From Anaerolineales bacterium (GTDB taxonomy: Bacteria; Chloroflexota; Anaerolineae; Anaerolineales; UBA6668): DNA of 64,000 nt. Each line of letters starts with the position of its first letter. Positions within the stretch are counted from its first letter, which is position 1. The stretch spans positions 8,694 through 72,693 of the forward strand of contig JAHDBW010000004.1 of NCBI GenBank assembly GCA_020630175.1, in the 5' to 3' direction. This document shows, in pieces, positions 47,973 through 57,093 of this stretch. Under the pieces are notes generated by a model, which saw only the letters and a list, made by a program, of their open reading frames with translations, was not told the origin of the DNA and did not search any database. Both the position numbers and the translations under genes were made by a program.

Positions 47973-48959
47973 TTAGTCAATATCGCCACCGAGAATGCGC
48001 TTGCGATATTCGCGCATGGTTTCTTTTTCAAAGTTGGCGATGGTGAGCAGCGGAAAGTTTGGCGCTTCGCGTTTGCCCATTAGGCCAGTTTTGAAACGGC
48101 GCACTTTTTGCCTGAAGTTAGAGACGTAAGAGTAACGCTCCCATTCAATATTGAAAGACGTTTCTAGTTCACTGAGGCGGGCTTCCGTCAGGTAATTTTC
48201 TGCGGCAATGCTGTCAGATGCGGTGCCAAAGCGGCGCGCGAAGTCTTGTTGGCGCTCGGCCACCATTTGCTGGCCGCTGGCGGCATCTGTATAGACGGGC
48301 GTGTCCATAATGACGAGTGCGCCTTCTGGCAACCGCACGCGTAAGCCTTCGCTGAGGGTGGTTTGATAGTTTTCGCTGTAGTGAAACGCGGCGTTGAAGA
48401 TCACTAAATCAAACTGCGCATCTTCAAATGGCAGGCTGTCGAATTCAGCTTGAACGGGCAAAAACGGCGCATCGTAATGCACGTGTGCGCCGAGGCCATC
48501 GGTGCTGTTGAGGCATAAATCAACGGCGGCACATTGGTGGCCCAACAAGCTCAGGTTATAGCTTACCCAGCCGCTGCCTGCGCCTAAATCTAAAATGTTG
48601 AGCGTCCGTTCGCGGTCTTGCTCTAGCTTGTAGACAATGGCATCCATCAAAATGCGGAAACTTGTGTTGCGCTGTGCCCATTCTGCGGTACGCTGGCCGC
48701 TGATATCTTGGTGTGGCAATTGCCGATAGTAATTAGGATCGTTGCTGCCACGGGCTTCACCGCTACGGACGGTTTCGTAGTCAGCAATGAAGTCGGCAAA
48801 ATAGGCCTGTCGCTCCGGTGGCAACATGCGCCAAACGCCATCAATTTGCTGATACGTAACGGCATGCGTTGGACAGTGCTGGGTTGTGGCATCGACGTGC
48901 GTTAGGGAGCACTGGGCAATTGGGCAAACAAGCTGGATTGGCGGACGTGTTTCTGTCAT
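47973..48959 (-). CDS. Class I SAM-dependent methyltransferase with an N-terminal Cys/His-containing segment
   Basis: ILDLGAGSGWVS motif I. The N-terminal LVCPIAQC...HCPTH may be a small zinc ribbon. The start is set to ATG 48957-59, after the upstream gene's stop. Confidence 0.7.
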   Translation of the reverse strand: MTETRPPIQLVCPIAQCSLTHVDATTQHCPTHAVTYQQIDGVWRMLPPERQAYFADFIADYETVRSGEARGSNDPNYYRQLPHQDISGQRTAEWAQRNTSFRILMDAIVYKLEQDRERTLNILDLGAGSGWVSYNLSLLGHQCAAVDLCLNSTDGLGAHVHYDAPFLPVQAEFDSLPFEDAQFDLVIFNAAFHYSENYQTTLSEGLRVRLPEGALVIMDTPVYTDAASGQQMVAERQQDFARRFGTASDSIAAENYLTEARLSELETSFNIEWERYSYVSNFRQKVRRFKTGLMGKREAPNFPLLTIANFEKETMREYRKRILGGDID

Positions 48960-48969
48960 AAGGTTGAAA

Positions 48970-49779
48970 TTATCCCAAGAAGCGCATGCTGAGTATATAG
49001 AAGTCGCCCCAACGCTTGAGCAAGGGCGCGTGACTAAGCACATCGTCTAACGTGACGAGTGCATTGTATAGCCGGGGCTGCCGTACGGCAAATGTTTTGT
49101 TGTCTGCCGTGGGCGTTATAAGCGACAGGGCTTCGAGGTCTGCGAGCGCAAAGCGGCCGCCAAATAGGCGCTGGACGTGCTTGGCTGGATGATACCAAGT
49201 GCGGAACTGCACGCCTTCTACGTTGGCAAGCACGCCATTTCTATGCCAGCGGCGTAAGCCCACTTTGGGATCTTTGAGCGTTAGCAGCAATTCCCACGGA
49301 CAAAATTTGGGCATGATTACCCACGTCACAATGCCATTGGGGCGTAATAAGCGCGGCAGTTGTTTGATGACGGGCGCTAGATCTCCAACGCAGTTGAGAC
49401 CGCCAGAGTTGGAATAGATCGCATCATATTGTGTTGGTGGGAGCTGATCTAAATCCATAAAGGACAGCGTTTGCGCCTGCAATTGATCCTGCAATTGGTG
49501 GGTGCTGATTTTTTCTTCAATCGCGGCGACCATGCCAGCGGAAACGTCAGTTGCGTGAATATGGTAGCCGCGTGCGGCTAAGCGCATGGCGTCTAATCCG
49601 GTCCCAGCGTTCAGTTCTAACAAATGACTGCCGGTTGCCACGTGTCGGCCAATATGGTCATAGACCTTGGTTCGCATGCGCTCCAGATTGACATGATCTT
49701 CGCCAAAGGCATCATAGACGCTGGCCTTGCGGCTGAAGGCGGCGGCCACGTTGCGGGTGTGTAACTCTGTAGGCGGCAC
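48970..49779 (-). CDS. Class I SAM-dependent methyltransferase
   Basis: LLELNAGTGLDAMRLAARG motif I and the acidic loop HATDVS. GTG start. Confidence 0.7.
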   Translation of the reverse strand: MPPTELHTRNVAAAFSRKASVYDAFGEDHVNLERMRTKVYDHIGRHVATGSHLLELNAGTGLDAMRLAARGYHIHATDVSAGMVAAIEEKISTHQLQDQLQAQTLSFMDLDQLPPTQYDAIYSNSGGLNCVGDLAPVIKQLPRLLRPNGIVTWVIMPKFCPWELLLTLKDPKVGLRRWHRNGVLANVEGVQFRTWYHPAKHVQRLFGGRFALADLEALSLITPTADNKTFAVRQPRLYNALVTLDDVLSHAPLLKRWGDFYILSMRFLG

Positions 49780-49780
49780 G

Positions 49781-51313
49781 TTAGGCTTGTGGCGATGGGG
49801 TGGCGGCGTCTTCCAACGGCATGGGCTGGGGCAACAAAACGCTATCGTGCGGAATTTGGGCGAGTTGATCTAACTGCCGGCGCAGCTTGGGGAGGCGTAG
49901 CACGCGCACAATGCTTTTGGCGAGATCAACAAAATGCGCCGGTCGCCATTGCCATGGTTGCAGCGCAATGCCGCTGAAAGTCCACCATGCTTTGCGGGCG
50001 CGATATTCGGTGTGCACCAGCGTGTGTAAATGCCGATAAAAGGCGGTGGTAAACGGCCCTTGGTAGAGCATGTCTAAATCGCTAGAGTCGGTCCAGTTAT
50101 GTTTGGTGCCTAACTGCGCGCTGACATTTTCATGAAACGTTGTGCCGGGTAAGGGATACGAGACCGAAATGCCAATGTCGTCTGGGCGGCAGTCGCGCAC
50201 CATTTGCAGCGTTTTTTCAATATCGGCGCGGGTTTCACCGGGGTAGCCAAATTGTAAAAAGAAGGCCACCTTGACATTAACGGCGTGCAGCTGCTCAGCG
50301 GCGGCATAAATTTGTTCAACCGTAGTGCCTTTTTCCATCGCATTGAGCACCGACTGCGCCCCAGATTCAGCACCAATCCAAATGATGTCACAGCCTGCAT
50401 CGGCCAGTGCTTGCGTGGTGCTGGCATCGCGCACGAGTAAGTCGGCGCGGCTCAGACATTTGAAAGGCGTCTGGATGTTTTTGTCTTTGACCAGCGTCGC
50501 AAACTGACTAAACCAGCGCGGCTTGAGGCCCATAATGTCATCGGCAAACCAAATATGGTCAGGCGCATAGGTGTCTTTGAGCCATGCCAGTTCGGCGGCA
50601 ACGTTTTCTGGACTGCGGGCGTTGTAGCGCTGGCCCCAAATGGGCTTTGCGCACCAGTTGCAATGGTACGGACAGCCGCGCGTGGTGACCATGTTCATGG
50701 AATAGTAACCGTGGTGGGTGCGCCAAATTTGCTTATAGCGGTCTACATCTACCAGATCCCACGCGGGGAAGGGTAGATCGTCAACGGCGCTGATGGCCGC
50801 ACGATTACGCGTGCGTTGCGGCGTGCTTTCCGTTTGCCAGGCTATGCCGTCTATTTCGTTGAGCGTGCCGGTTGACGTTTGTAAGTGGGCTAGCAGGGCG
50901 GTTAGCGTGGCTTCCCCTTCGCCAAGCAGCACATAATCAGCACCAGCGGCCAGATAGTCTTGCCAATGGTCAGTGGCATCTGAGCCGCAAAGGATGGTGG
51001 TACAACCTTGAGCGTTTGCCATTTCAATCATATTGAAGGCCGCAGCACGCATGTTGGTCAGGCACATTTTAGAAAGATAGTTGAAATTATCTTCATAAAT
51101 GACGGCGTACTTGGGCTGATGTTCGGCCAGCAGCGCGGCCCATTCGGCTTCTGAGCCGGCTAACATCGCGTCAAATAACGCTACGTCGTAGCCTTGCTCG
51201 CGCACATAGCTCGCGGCATACAGCGTGCCCAATGGGGGGTAGGGCATCATCGCGGCATAGAGCTTGGGATCAAAACGTAAGTAATATGACTGGCCAAATA
51301 AAATATCGGTCAT
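49781..51313 (-). CDS. B12-binding-domain radical SAM enzyme
   Basis: An N-terminal Rossmann-like B12-binding region is followed by the TRGCPYHCNWCAKP CxxxCxxC cluster motif. ATGA overlap with the upstream gene. Confidence 0.85.
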   Translation of the reverse strand: MTDILFGQSYYLRFDPKLYAAMMPYPPLGTLYAASYVREQGYDVALFDAMLAGSEAEWAALLAEHQPKYAVIYEDNFNYLSKMCLTNMRAAAFNMIEMANAQGCTTILCGSDATDHWQDYLAAGADYVLLGEGEATLTALLAHLQTSTGTLNEIDGIAWQTESTPQRTRNRAAISAVDDLPFPAWDLVDVDRYKQIWRTHHGYYSMNMVTTRGCPYHCNWCAKPIWGQRYNARSPENVAAELAWLKDTYAPDHIWFADDIMGLKPRWFSQFATLVKDKNIQTPFKCLSRADLLVRDASTTQALADAGCDIIWIGAESGAQSVLNAMEKGTTVEQIYAAAEQLHAVNVKVAFFLQFGYPGETRADIEKTLQMVRDCRPDDIGISVSYPLPGTTFHENVSAQLGTKHNWTDSSDLDMLYQGPFTTAFYRHLHTLVHTEYRARKAWWTFSGIALQPWQWRPAHFVDLAKSIVRVLRLPKLRRQLDQLAQIPHDSVLLPQPMPLEDAATPSPQA

Positions 51314-52212
51314 GCGGGGGCCTGTACGGCTGGCGTGGCTGCTACGCTTGGGTGCAGTTGGCCTAGGATCTCTGTGCGGTTGGTTTCTAAGCGCGCGAGC
51401 TGGGTTTCAAAGGCGTCGAGCGTGTGTTGCTGGTGTAGTTCAAAATGCCCTTTGCAGCGGACTGCGCTGAAATTGCTTTCATCTAAGTGGCGCTGCTGCT
51501 GCCGGAATTTACGGATTTTGCGCGTCATTTCCCACTGTTCGAGTTTGTCCCCTAGGCGGCCACTGAGTAAGGCTTCAATGCGTCCTTTGAGGCGTTGAGA
51601 AGCGGCTTCAATTTTCCAAGTTTGCGTTTTAGCTGGCGCACCGTGTGCGTTAGGCAAATAAGTAAATACCCACGCATTGGCGCTGCGAAATTGCTGATAG
51701 GTTTGCATGCCAAATAATGGCACCATTTGGGCAATCTCACGGGCGACGTATAGGTTTTGGCGCGTAATGGGCAGCTGATGTTCTGCTAAAAAATAGTTTG
51801 GGCAAAGCGTAATGTTACGGAAAGCGGCAATGCGCACCAAGGCCACCACGGCCAGCCGCGTTAGCCAGACCCGATCACGCTGCGTGACGATAAAGAAGTC
51901 GATGTCGCTTTCTGGGGCGATGTTTTCCATCGCTAAGGAGCCGGTGAGGGCAATCATCCGCACGCCGGGCAGTTTGCTAATCCAGCGGCTGTAGCGGCGC
52001 GCCTGTTGCAGCTTTAGGGCGATGTTGGCCTGTTGCTGCGGGCTGGGCGAGGGCTGAGCCAAGGTGCAACTGAAGGTGTTTGGGACTGCGCATTCTAGGT
52101 AGCGCCGTAGATCTGGCATGCTTAGTGCGGTTTCAAATACTGCGGCGTACGCCAAGACCCGCAACAAGGCGGTGTCTAGGTCTGGTTGAGAATTAGGCTG
52201 GGAAGTCGGCAC
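51310..52212 (-). CDS. Nucleotidyltransferase-fold (Pol-beta-like) protein of unknown function
   Basis: ALTGSLAMENIAPESDIDFFIV fits the GS-x(n)-D-x-D NTase signature. It is the first gene of the minus-strand operon. Confidence 0.45.
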   Translation of the reverse strand: MPTSQPNSQPDLDTALLRVLAYAAVFETALSMPDLRRYLECAVPNTFSCTLAQPSPSPQQQANIALKLQQARRYSRWISKLPGVRMIALTGSLAMENIAPESDIDFFIVTQRDRVWLTRLAVVALVRIAAFRNITLCPNYFLAEHQLPITRQNLYVAREIAQMVPLFGMQTYQQFRSANAWVFTYLPNAHGAPAKTQTWKIEAASQRLKGRIEALLSGRLGDKLEQWEMTRKIRKFRQQQRHLDESNFSAVRCKGHFELHQQHTLDAFETQLARLETNRTEILGQLHPSVAATPAVQAPA

Positions 52213-52326
52213 GCTGTTATTTTCTCAGAGCGGGATGGTGCTTAGGCTGAACGTTTGCTAAATAAATGAGGAATTCAAAAGACAGGTTGCAGATAGGGTG
52301 TTGCGCATGTGTTTCCATCAAAAGCC

Positions 52327-52335
52327 TGATAGAAT
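52327..52335 (+). promoter_or_regulatory. Candidate extended -10 promoter (TGATAGAAT) for the second O-antigen-ligase-like gene
   Basis: TGA+TAGAAT at 52327-52335, 29 nt upstream of ATG 52364. It lies in the divergent region shared with the radical-SAM operon. Confidence 0.3.
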
Positions 52336-52363
52336 CGCTGAACGCTACAACTTTAGCGGTTTT

Positions 52364-53821
52364 ATGTCTCTAAACACTTTACGTTCCTTCTATTATTCAG
52401 CGCCTGAAAAACTTGCGCCGTTGCTGGGTATTCTCATTGCAATTGTGGGGGTATTGATTGGTGCGGCACTTGGGTTTGTAGGGCCGCTCATCACGGTGGC
52501 GGCGGTGCTGTCACTGGCGATTGGGATCTTTGCGATTACCAGTTTGGAAGTGGCATTTTGGAGTGTGATTGGCGTGATAACGCTGTTGCCGTATGGCACA
52601 TTGCCCTTCAAAATTGTGCTCACGCCCACGTTTTTAGATATGGCGTTGGGTGGGGTGATCCTAATCTATTTATTGCAATGGATGGGCGGCAAACGCCGTC
52701 GCTTGAACATTACGCCGGGGCATGGCGCGATTTTCATGCTGCTGATTATGGCGATTGTGGCCTTTACAGCTGGCTTGAAAAATGGACCGTTGACGCCAAA
52801 TGTCATTCGTAAGTTTGCTGAGTTTTTGCTTTCGATTGCGTTTGTACTGGTGATTGTGGATTATGTTGATAGCCGCGAACGGTTGCGCTCGCTTACCAAA
52901 GCGTTGGCAATTGGCGCATTTCTGACCAGTGCCATTGGCTTGGCGCTGTATGTGTTGCCAGAAACAATTAGCCAGCAAATTTTAGATTCACTGCGTGTGA
53001 TTGGTTACTATAAAGACGGTGGCGGCCTGCGCTACATTGAAGAAAATCCAGAGCTTGCGATGCGCGCGATTGGCTTTTGGGTAGACCCCAACGCTTACGG
53101 CGGCACGCTGGCTGCATTGGGGGCTTTGTTAGCGCCGCAGTTAGTGTCTGAAGAGCCGGTGTTTGAAAAGCCGTGGGTGATGTACGTTATTTTTGGCAGC
53201 GTGGTGTTGATGACCGTGCTGACCTTTTCGCGCTCGGCGATGATTGGTTTAGTGTGTGCGATGCTGTTTGTGGCAACGTTGCGTTACCGTAAACTGCTGT
53301 TGATTTTGGCCGTTGGCGCGATGATTATGTTTATCCTGCCGCAAACGCAGGAATACGTACTGCGCTTTGTTGAAGGTATTCGTGGCGAAGATTTAGCCAC
53401 CCAAATGCGCTTTGGGGAATATAAAGACGCCTTTGTGCTCATTCGGCGCTACCCTTGGTTAGGCGTTGGGTTCTCTGGCACGCCCGATATTGATATCTAC
53501 CTAGGGGTAAGCAGTATGTACTTGCTGTTGACCCAAGAAATGGGTGTGATTGGGCTGGCGGTATTCCTGTTTGTGATGGTGGTTATTTTTGCGTGGGGGC
53601 TACAAAATCGAAAAGTGATTTTGGAAAATGTTAGCCTCGCGGCGCTGTGGCTTGGCCTACATGCGGGCATTATTGCCATGCTAGCGATTGGCGTTTTTGA
53701 CCATTATTTTGTAAATTTAGAATTTCATTCGTCGCAGACTATTCTGTGGCTGTTTGTTGGGTTGGCTTTGGCAACCACACGGTTGGCATTGATCAGTGCA
53801 GACCCTAAAAAGCGGCTCTAG
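52364..53821 (+). CDS. O-antigen ligase/polymerase-like (Wzy_C) membrane protein
   Basis: Multi-TM with VLTFSRSAMIGL and a periplasmic-loop motif. The track start at GTG 52298 lies upstream of the putative -10, so ATG 52364 (MSLNTLR) is preferred. Confidence 0.65.
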   Translation: MSLNTLRSFYYSAPEKLAPLLGILIAIVGVLIGAALGFVGPLITVAAVLSLAIGIFAITSLEVAFWSVIGVITLLPYGTLPFKIVLTPTFLDMALGGVILIYLLQWMGGKRRRLNITPGHGAIFMLLIMAIVAFTAGLKNGPLTPNVIRKFAEFLLSIAFVLVIVDYVDSRERLRSLTKALAIGAFLTSAIGLALYVLPETISQQILDSLRVIGYYKDGGGLRYIEENPELAMRAIGFWVDPNAYGGTLAALGALLAPQLVSEEPVFEKPWVMYVIFGSVVLMTVLTFSRSAMIGLVCAMLFVATLRYRKLLLILAVGAMIMFILPQTQEYVLRFVEGIRGEDLATQMRFGEYKDAFVLIRRYPWLGVGFSGTPDIDIYLGVSSMYLLLTQEMGVIGLAVFLFVMVVIFAWGLQNRKVILENVSLAALWLGLHAGIIAMLAIGVFDHYFVNLEFHSSQTILWLFVGLALATTRLALISADPKKRL

Positions 53822-53850
53822 ATTGAGCTATTGCACGACGAGTTGTAACT

Positions 53851-55032
53851 ATGGATATTCGTGAAACTGTAAAAACTGTTGAGTGGCTAGACGCCCAACG
53901 CAGTAAAGATAAGAAGCTAATTCTAGGCCTAGAAGAGCGCCTCAAGGCATCTGTGAATGCCAATGCAGAACTAGAGCAACGCATTAAGCAGTTGGAGTCG
54001 CTGGTGACTGGCCTACAGCCAAAGTTTGATGCGCGCCTAAACGGCTTTACAGATGAAATGAGCAAGGTGCGGACTGAATTCAACCGTCAGATTGACGAAG
54101 TTGAGATCAAACGTGAGCAGCGCTGGCGTGAGCAAGAACGCATTGCCACTATCCATCACGAAGCTACAACCCGCTCGGTAACGGAAATCCGCAAACGCTT
54201 TGAACCGATCCCCAAAATTTTGGCCGAAGTGGAATCGCGCCGTGATGATTCGCGCCGCTTTTTACGCCAATTAGATGACACGCAAACCAATGTGCGCAAC
54301 CTCATGCGCCAATGGGATGAAGCCCAACAAGCCATTACGACTTCACTTGAAGCGTATAAAGTTGATAACAAACGGATTATTGATGTGGGGGGCGAGGTTG
54401 CTGACCTGCGCCGCCGGATTGATGAATTTAAGGCGCGGTCTGAAATTGTAGAAGACTTAGCACGCCGAGCCGAACCGCGGATCAATGAACTGATTCAGCT
54501 TGAGACCGAACGCCGCTTGGCGCAGTCAGCTTGGATTGAACAACAGTCAATTGCCAATTCAGAGCGGCAGCGGGCGTGGTCTGAATTGGAAGATCGGGCC
54601 AAAAATAACGATGGCCGCTTCATGGAATTCTCATCACGAATGGATGTGTACGCCGAAACGCATCGCGAGATGGAGCGGGCCCTGACAGCCTTCAACGAAA
54701 ACATGCTACGCATTGAGCAACGCCTGAAAGAGGCCAGCGAAATTCAACGCATGACGGCTGATCGCATGAAGAACGATTGGGAAACCTTCCGTGGCGAAGA
54801 TCAAAAACGCTGGACCACGCACTTACTCATGCGTGACGAACAATGGCGTGAAGAAGAACGCCGCCGTGGCAAGTTGGTTGAACGGATGGCTGAATCGGAA
54901 GAAATCATTGCCGGTTTACAAGACGAATTCAAACAATTGCGGCACACCGACCATCAACGCTTACTGGCTATCTTTGGCAAAGTGCGTGAATACTTAGCTG
55001 AATATGATCAATCCCTTACGAAGGTGAGGTAG
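53851..55032 (+). CDS. Charged coiled-coil protein of unknown function with internal repeats
   Basis: 393 aa, rich in E/R/K/Q with heptad-like runs. The recurring element is xRQRxW-E-E (EQRWREQE, RQRAWSELE, DQKRWTTH, DEQWREEE). Confidence 0.6.
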   Translation: MDIRETVKTVEWLDAQRSKDKKLILGLEERLKASVNANAELEQRIKQLESLVTGLQPKFDARLNGFTDEMSKVRTEFNRQIDEVEIKREQRWREQERIATIHHEATTRSVTEIRKRFEPIPKILAEVESRRDDSRRFLRQLDDTQTNVRNLMRQWDEAQQAITTSLEAYKVDNKRIIDVGGEVADLRRRIDEFKARSEIVEDLARRAEPRINELIQLETERRLAQSAWIEQQSIANSERQRAWSELEDRAKNNDGRFMEFSSRMDVYAETHREMERALTAFNENMLRIEQRLKEASEIQRMTADRMKNDWETFRGEDQKRWTTHLLMRDEQWREEERRRGKLVERMAESEEIIAGLQDEFKQLRHTDHQRLLAIFGKVREYLAEYDQSLTKVR

Positions 55033-55064
55033 AAGGTAACAGGGTAGGCAGCAGGTCTAAACTC

Positions 55065-55070
55065 TATAAT
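55065..55070 (+). promoter_or_regulatory. Consensus TATAAT hexamer upstream of selB
   Basis: A perfect TATAAT at 55065-55070, 27 nt before the selB ATG. I see no convincing -35. Confidence 0.3.
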
Positions 55071-55096
55071 GACCTAGCGCCTTACACCTAACATTC

Positions 55097-57004
55097 ATGT
55101 TTGTAATTTCTACTGCTGGCCATGTTGATCATGGTAAATCGACTCTTATTCAGGCGTTGACGGGGATTCATCCTGATCGGTTGAAAGAAGAGCGTGAGCG
55201 TGAAATGACGATTGATTTGGGCTTTGCTAATTTTGCGTTGCCTGATGGTAAGCAAATTGGCGTGGTGGATGTGCCTGGGCACCGTGATTTTATTGAAAAC
55301 ATGTTGGCAGGGGTGGCAAGCGTAGATGCCGCGCTGCTAATTGTGGCCGCCGATGAAGGCGTGATGCCACAAACGCGTGAGCACCTTGCCATTTTAGACT
55401 TACTACATATCAATACCGGCGTGGTCGCCCTGACCAAAGCCGATATGATCGACGACGAAGACTGGTTAGACCTTGTGCAAGAAGAGGTTGCTGGAGAACT
55501 GGCAACAACGAGTTTGCGCAATGCGCCTATTGTGCCAGTCTCTGCAGTGACCGGCCGTGGCATTGCAGACCTCCAAACCGCCCTTAGTGCCCAACTTAGC
55601 AACAGCAGTCCACGGGCTGATTTAGGCCGCCCACGTTTGAACGTGGATCGGGTCTTTACGATTGCTGGTTTTGGCACAGTGGTAACCGGCACGCTGTTAG
55701 GCGGCAGTTTACGCCTGACGGACACCGTTGAGATCCTGCCCAACAAATTGCCAGCCCGCGTGCGTGGCATTCAATCGCATGACCATGCGGTTGATGTGAT
55801 TGCGCCCGGCAACCGCACCGCGATCAATCTGTCTGGCGTTGACCACCGTGACTTACAGCGGGGGAACGTCATTACTGCGCCGGGTTACCTTGAACCAAGT
55901 ACGCGCTTTGATGCTGAATTCCAACACCTGACCGACGCCCACACCAGTTTACCGTTGAAACATAACGCAGAAGTGAAGCTGTTTGTGGGCGCGGCTGAAG
56001 TCACTGCTAAGGCTCGCATCTTGGGTGGAAAGACTGAACTAAAGCCGGGCGAAGATGGCTGGCTACAGCTTGTACTAAGTGCACCAGTTGCCGTGGCAAA
56101 AGGCGACCGATTTATTCTGCGGCGTCCTTCACCAGCGGCAACGATTGGCGGCGGCACGGTGATTGATCCACACCCCGCACGGCGTCATAAACCGCGTGAT
56201 ACTAGCGTAGTGGCACGCCTCAAGGTGCTTTCACAAGGGACGCCCGGTGAAGTGCTGGTGCAGGCCATTGAGCCAGACGGCGTTTTAGAATTTAGACAGT
56301 TGGTGGAGCGCATCAATCTTGGCGCAGATGCCTTAACGAATGCGGTCACCGAAGCCACCGCTGCTACTGACCTACATTTGTTAGATAGCAGCGCCCCTGA
56401 AAAATTACGCGCCAGTGCCAAAACTTTGGTGGCTAGCAACCGCTACTGGCAGGCCTTCAAAAGTGGGGCGTTGACGCAACTTGGTCGGTATCATGTTGAA
56501 AATCCATTACGACTGGGCATGCAGCGTGAAGAGCTCAAAACGCGGATTGGCATCAAGTCGGGGCGTATTTTCAATATGCTGCTGCGCTATGGGGTTGACC
56601 AAGACCTGTGGCTTGATGCTGAAGCCTTAGTGCGGTTGCCAGACCATACGGTGGTGCTAACGCCAGCCCAAGAGGCCGCTGTTGCCCGCTTGATTCAACA
56701 GTTTGAAAACGCGCCGTACACGCCGCCGTCGCGCAAAGACGCGCTCGCTGCGCTTGGTGCGGACGTGCTGACCGTTATTCTCAGTGAAGCCCGCTTGATT
56801 TCTGTTTCCCCTGAAGTGCTCCTAGCACCGCAAGCCTATGCCGATATGGTGGCCTTTGTAAAAGCCGCTGCTGTGGACGGCGTTACCGTGGCGAACGTCC
56901 GCGACAAATTCAACGCCAGCCGTAAATATGCGCTGGGCCTGCTGGAACACCTTGATGCCATTGGCGTGACCAAGCGCGTTGGCGATGAACGGGTGTTGAA
57001 GTAG
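55097..57004 (+). CDS. selB: Selenocysteine-specific translation elongation factor SelB
   Basis: The N-terminal TAGHVDHGKSTLIQALTG and DVPGH G-domain motifs. 635 aa with a long C-terminal extension, as expected for SECIS-binding winged-helix domains. Confidence 0.9.
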   Translation: MFVISTAGHVDHGKSTLIQALTGIHPDRLKEEREREMTIDLGFANFALPDGKQIGVVDVPGHRDFIENMLAGVASVDAALLIVAADEGVMPQTREHLAILDLLHINTGVVALTKADMIDDEDWLDLVQEEVAGELATTSLRNAPIVPVSAVTGRGIADLQTALSAQLSNSSPRADLGRPRLNVDRVFTIAGFGTVVTGTLLGGSLRLTDTVEILPNKLPARVRGIQSHDHAVDVIAPGNRTAINLSGVDHRDLQRGNVITAPGYLEPSTRFDAEFQHLTDAHTSLPLKHNAEVKLFVGAAEVTAKARILGGKTELKPGEDGWLQLVLSAPVAVAKGDRFILRRPSPAATIGGGTVIDPHPARRHKPRDTSVVARLKVLSQGTPGEVLVQAIEPDGVLEFRQLVERINLGADALTNAVTEATAATDLHLLDSSAPEKLRASAKTLVASNRYWQAFKSGALTQLGRYHVENPLRLGMQREELKTRIGIKSGRIFNMLLRYGVDQDLWLDAEALVRLPDHTVVLTPAQEAAVARLIQQFENAPYTPPSRKDALAALGADVLTVILSEARLISVSPEVLLAPQAYADMVAFVKAAAVDGVTVANVRDKFNASRKYALGLLEHLDAIGVTKRVGDERVLK

Positions 57005-57036
57005 CAGCAGAATGAATTCTGTTGGTAGTGTATAAA

Positions 57037-57052
57037 ACACGCTAAAGCGTGT
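57037..57052 (+). terminator. Weak hairpin after selB
   Basis: ACACGC (57037-42) / GCGTGT (57047-52) with loop TAAA. The downstream run is only moderately T-rich. Confidence 0.3.
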
Positions 57053-57093
57053 TCACGCCATTTGTTACTAATCATTTAGTCAACCTGAAATCT

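Noticed and set aside
43342-52212. Interpreting the phosphorylase-fold + radical SAM + GT genes as a hopanoid side-chain (hpnG/H/I/P-like) cluster
   Set aside because: The window has no squalene-hopene cyclase or squalene synthase. The radical SAM enzyme has a B12-binding domain and is flanked by a flippase and O-antigen-ligase-like genes, which points to glycan rather than triterpenoid chemistry.
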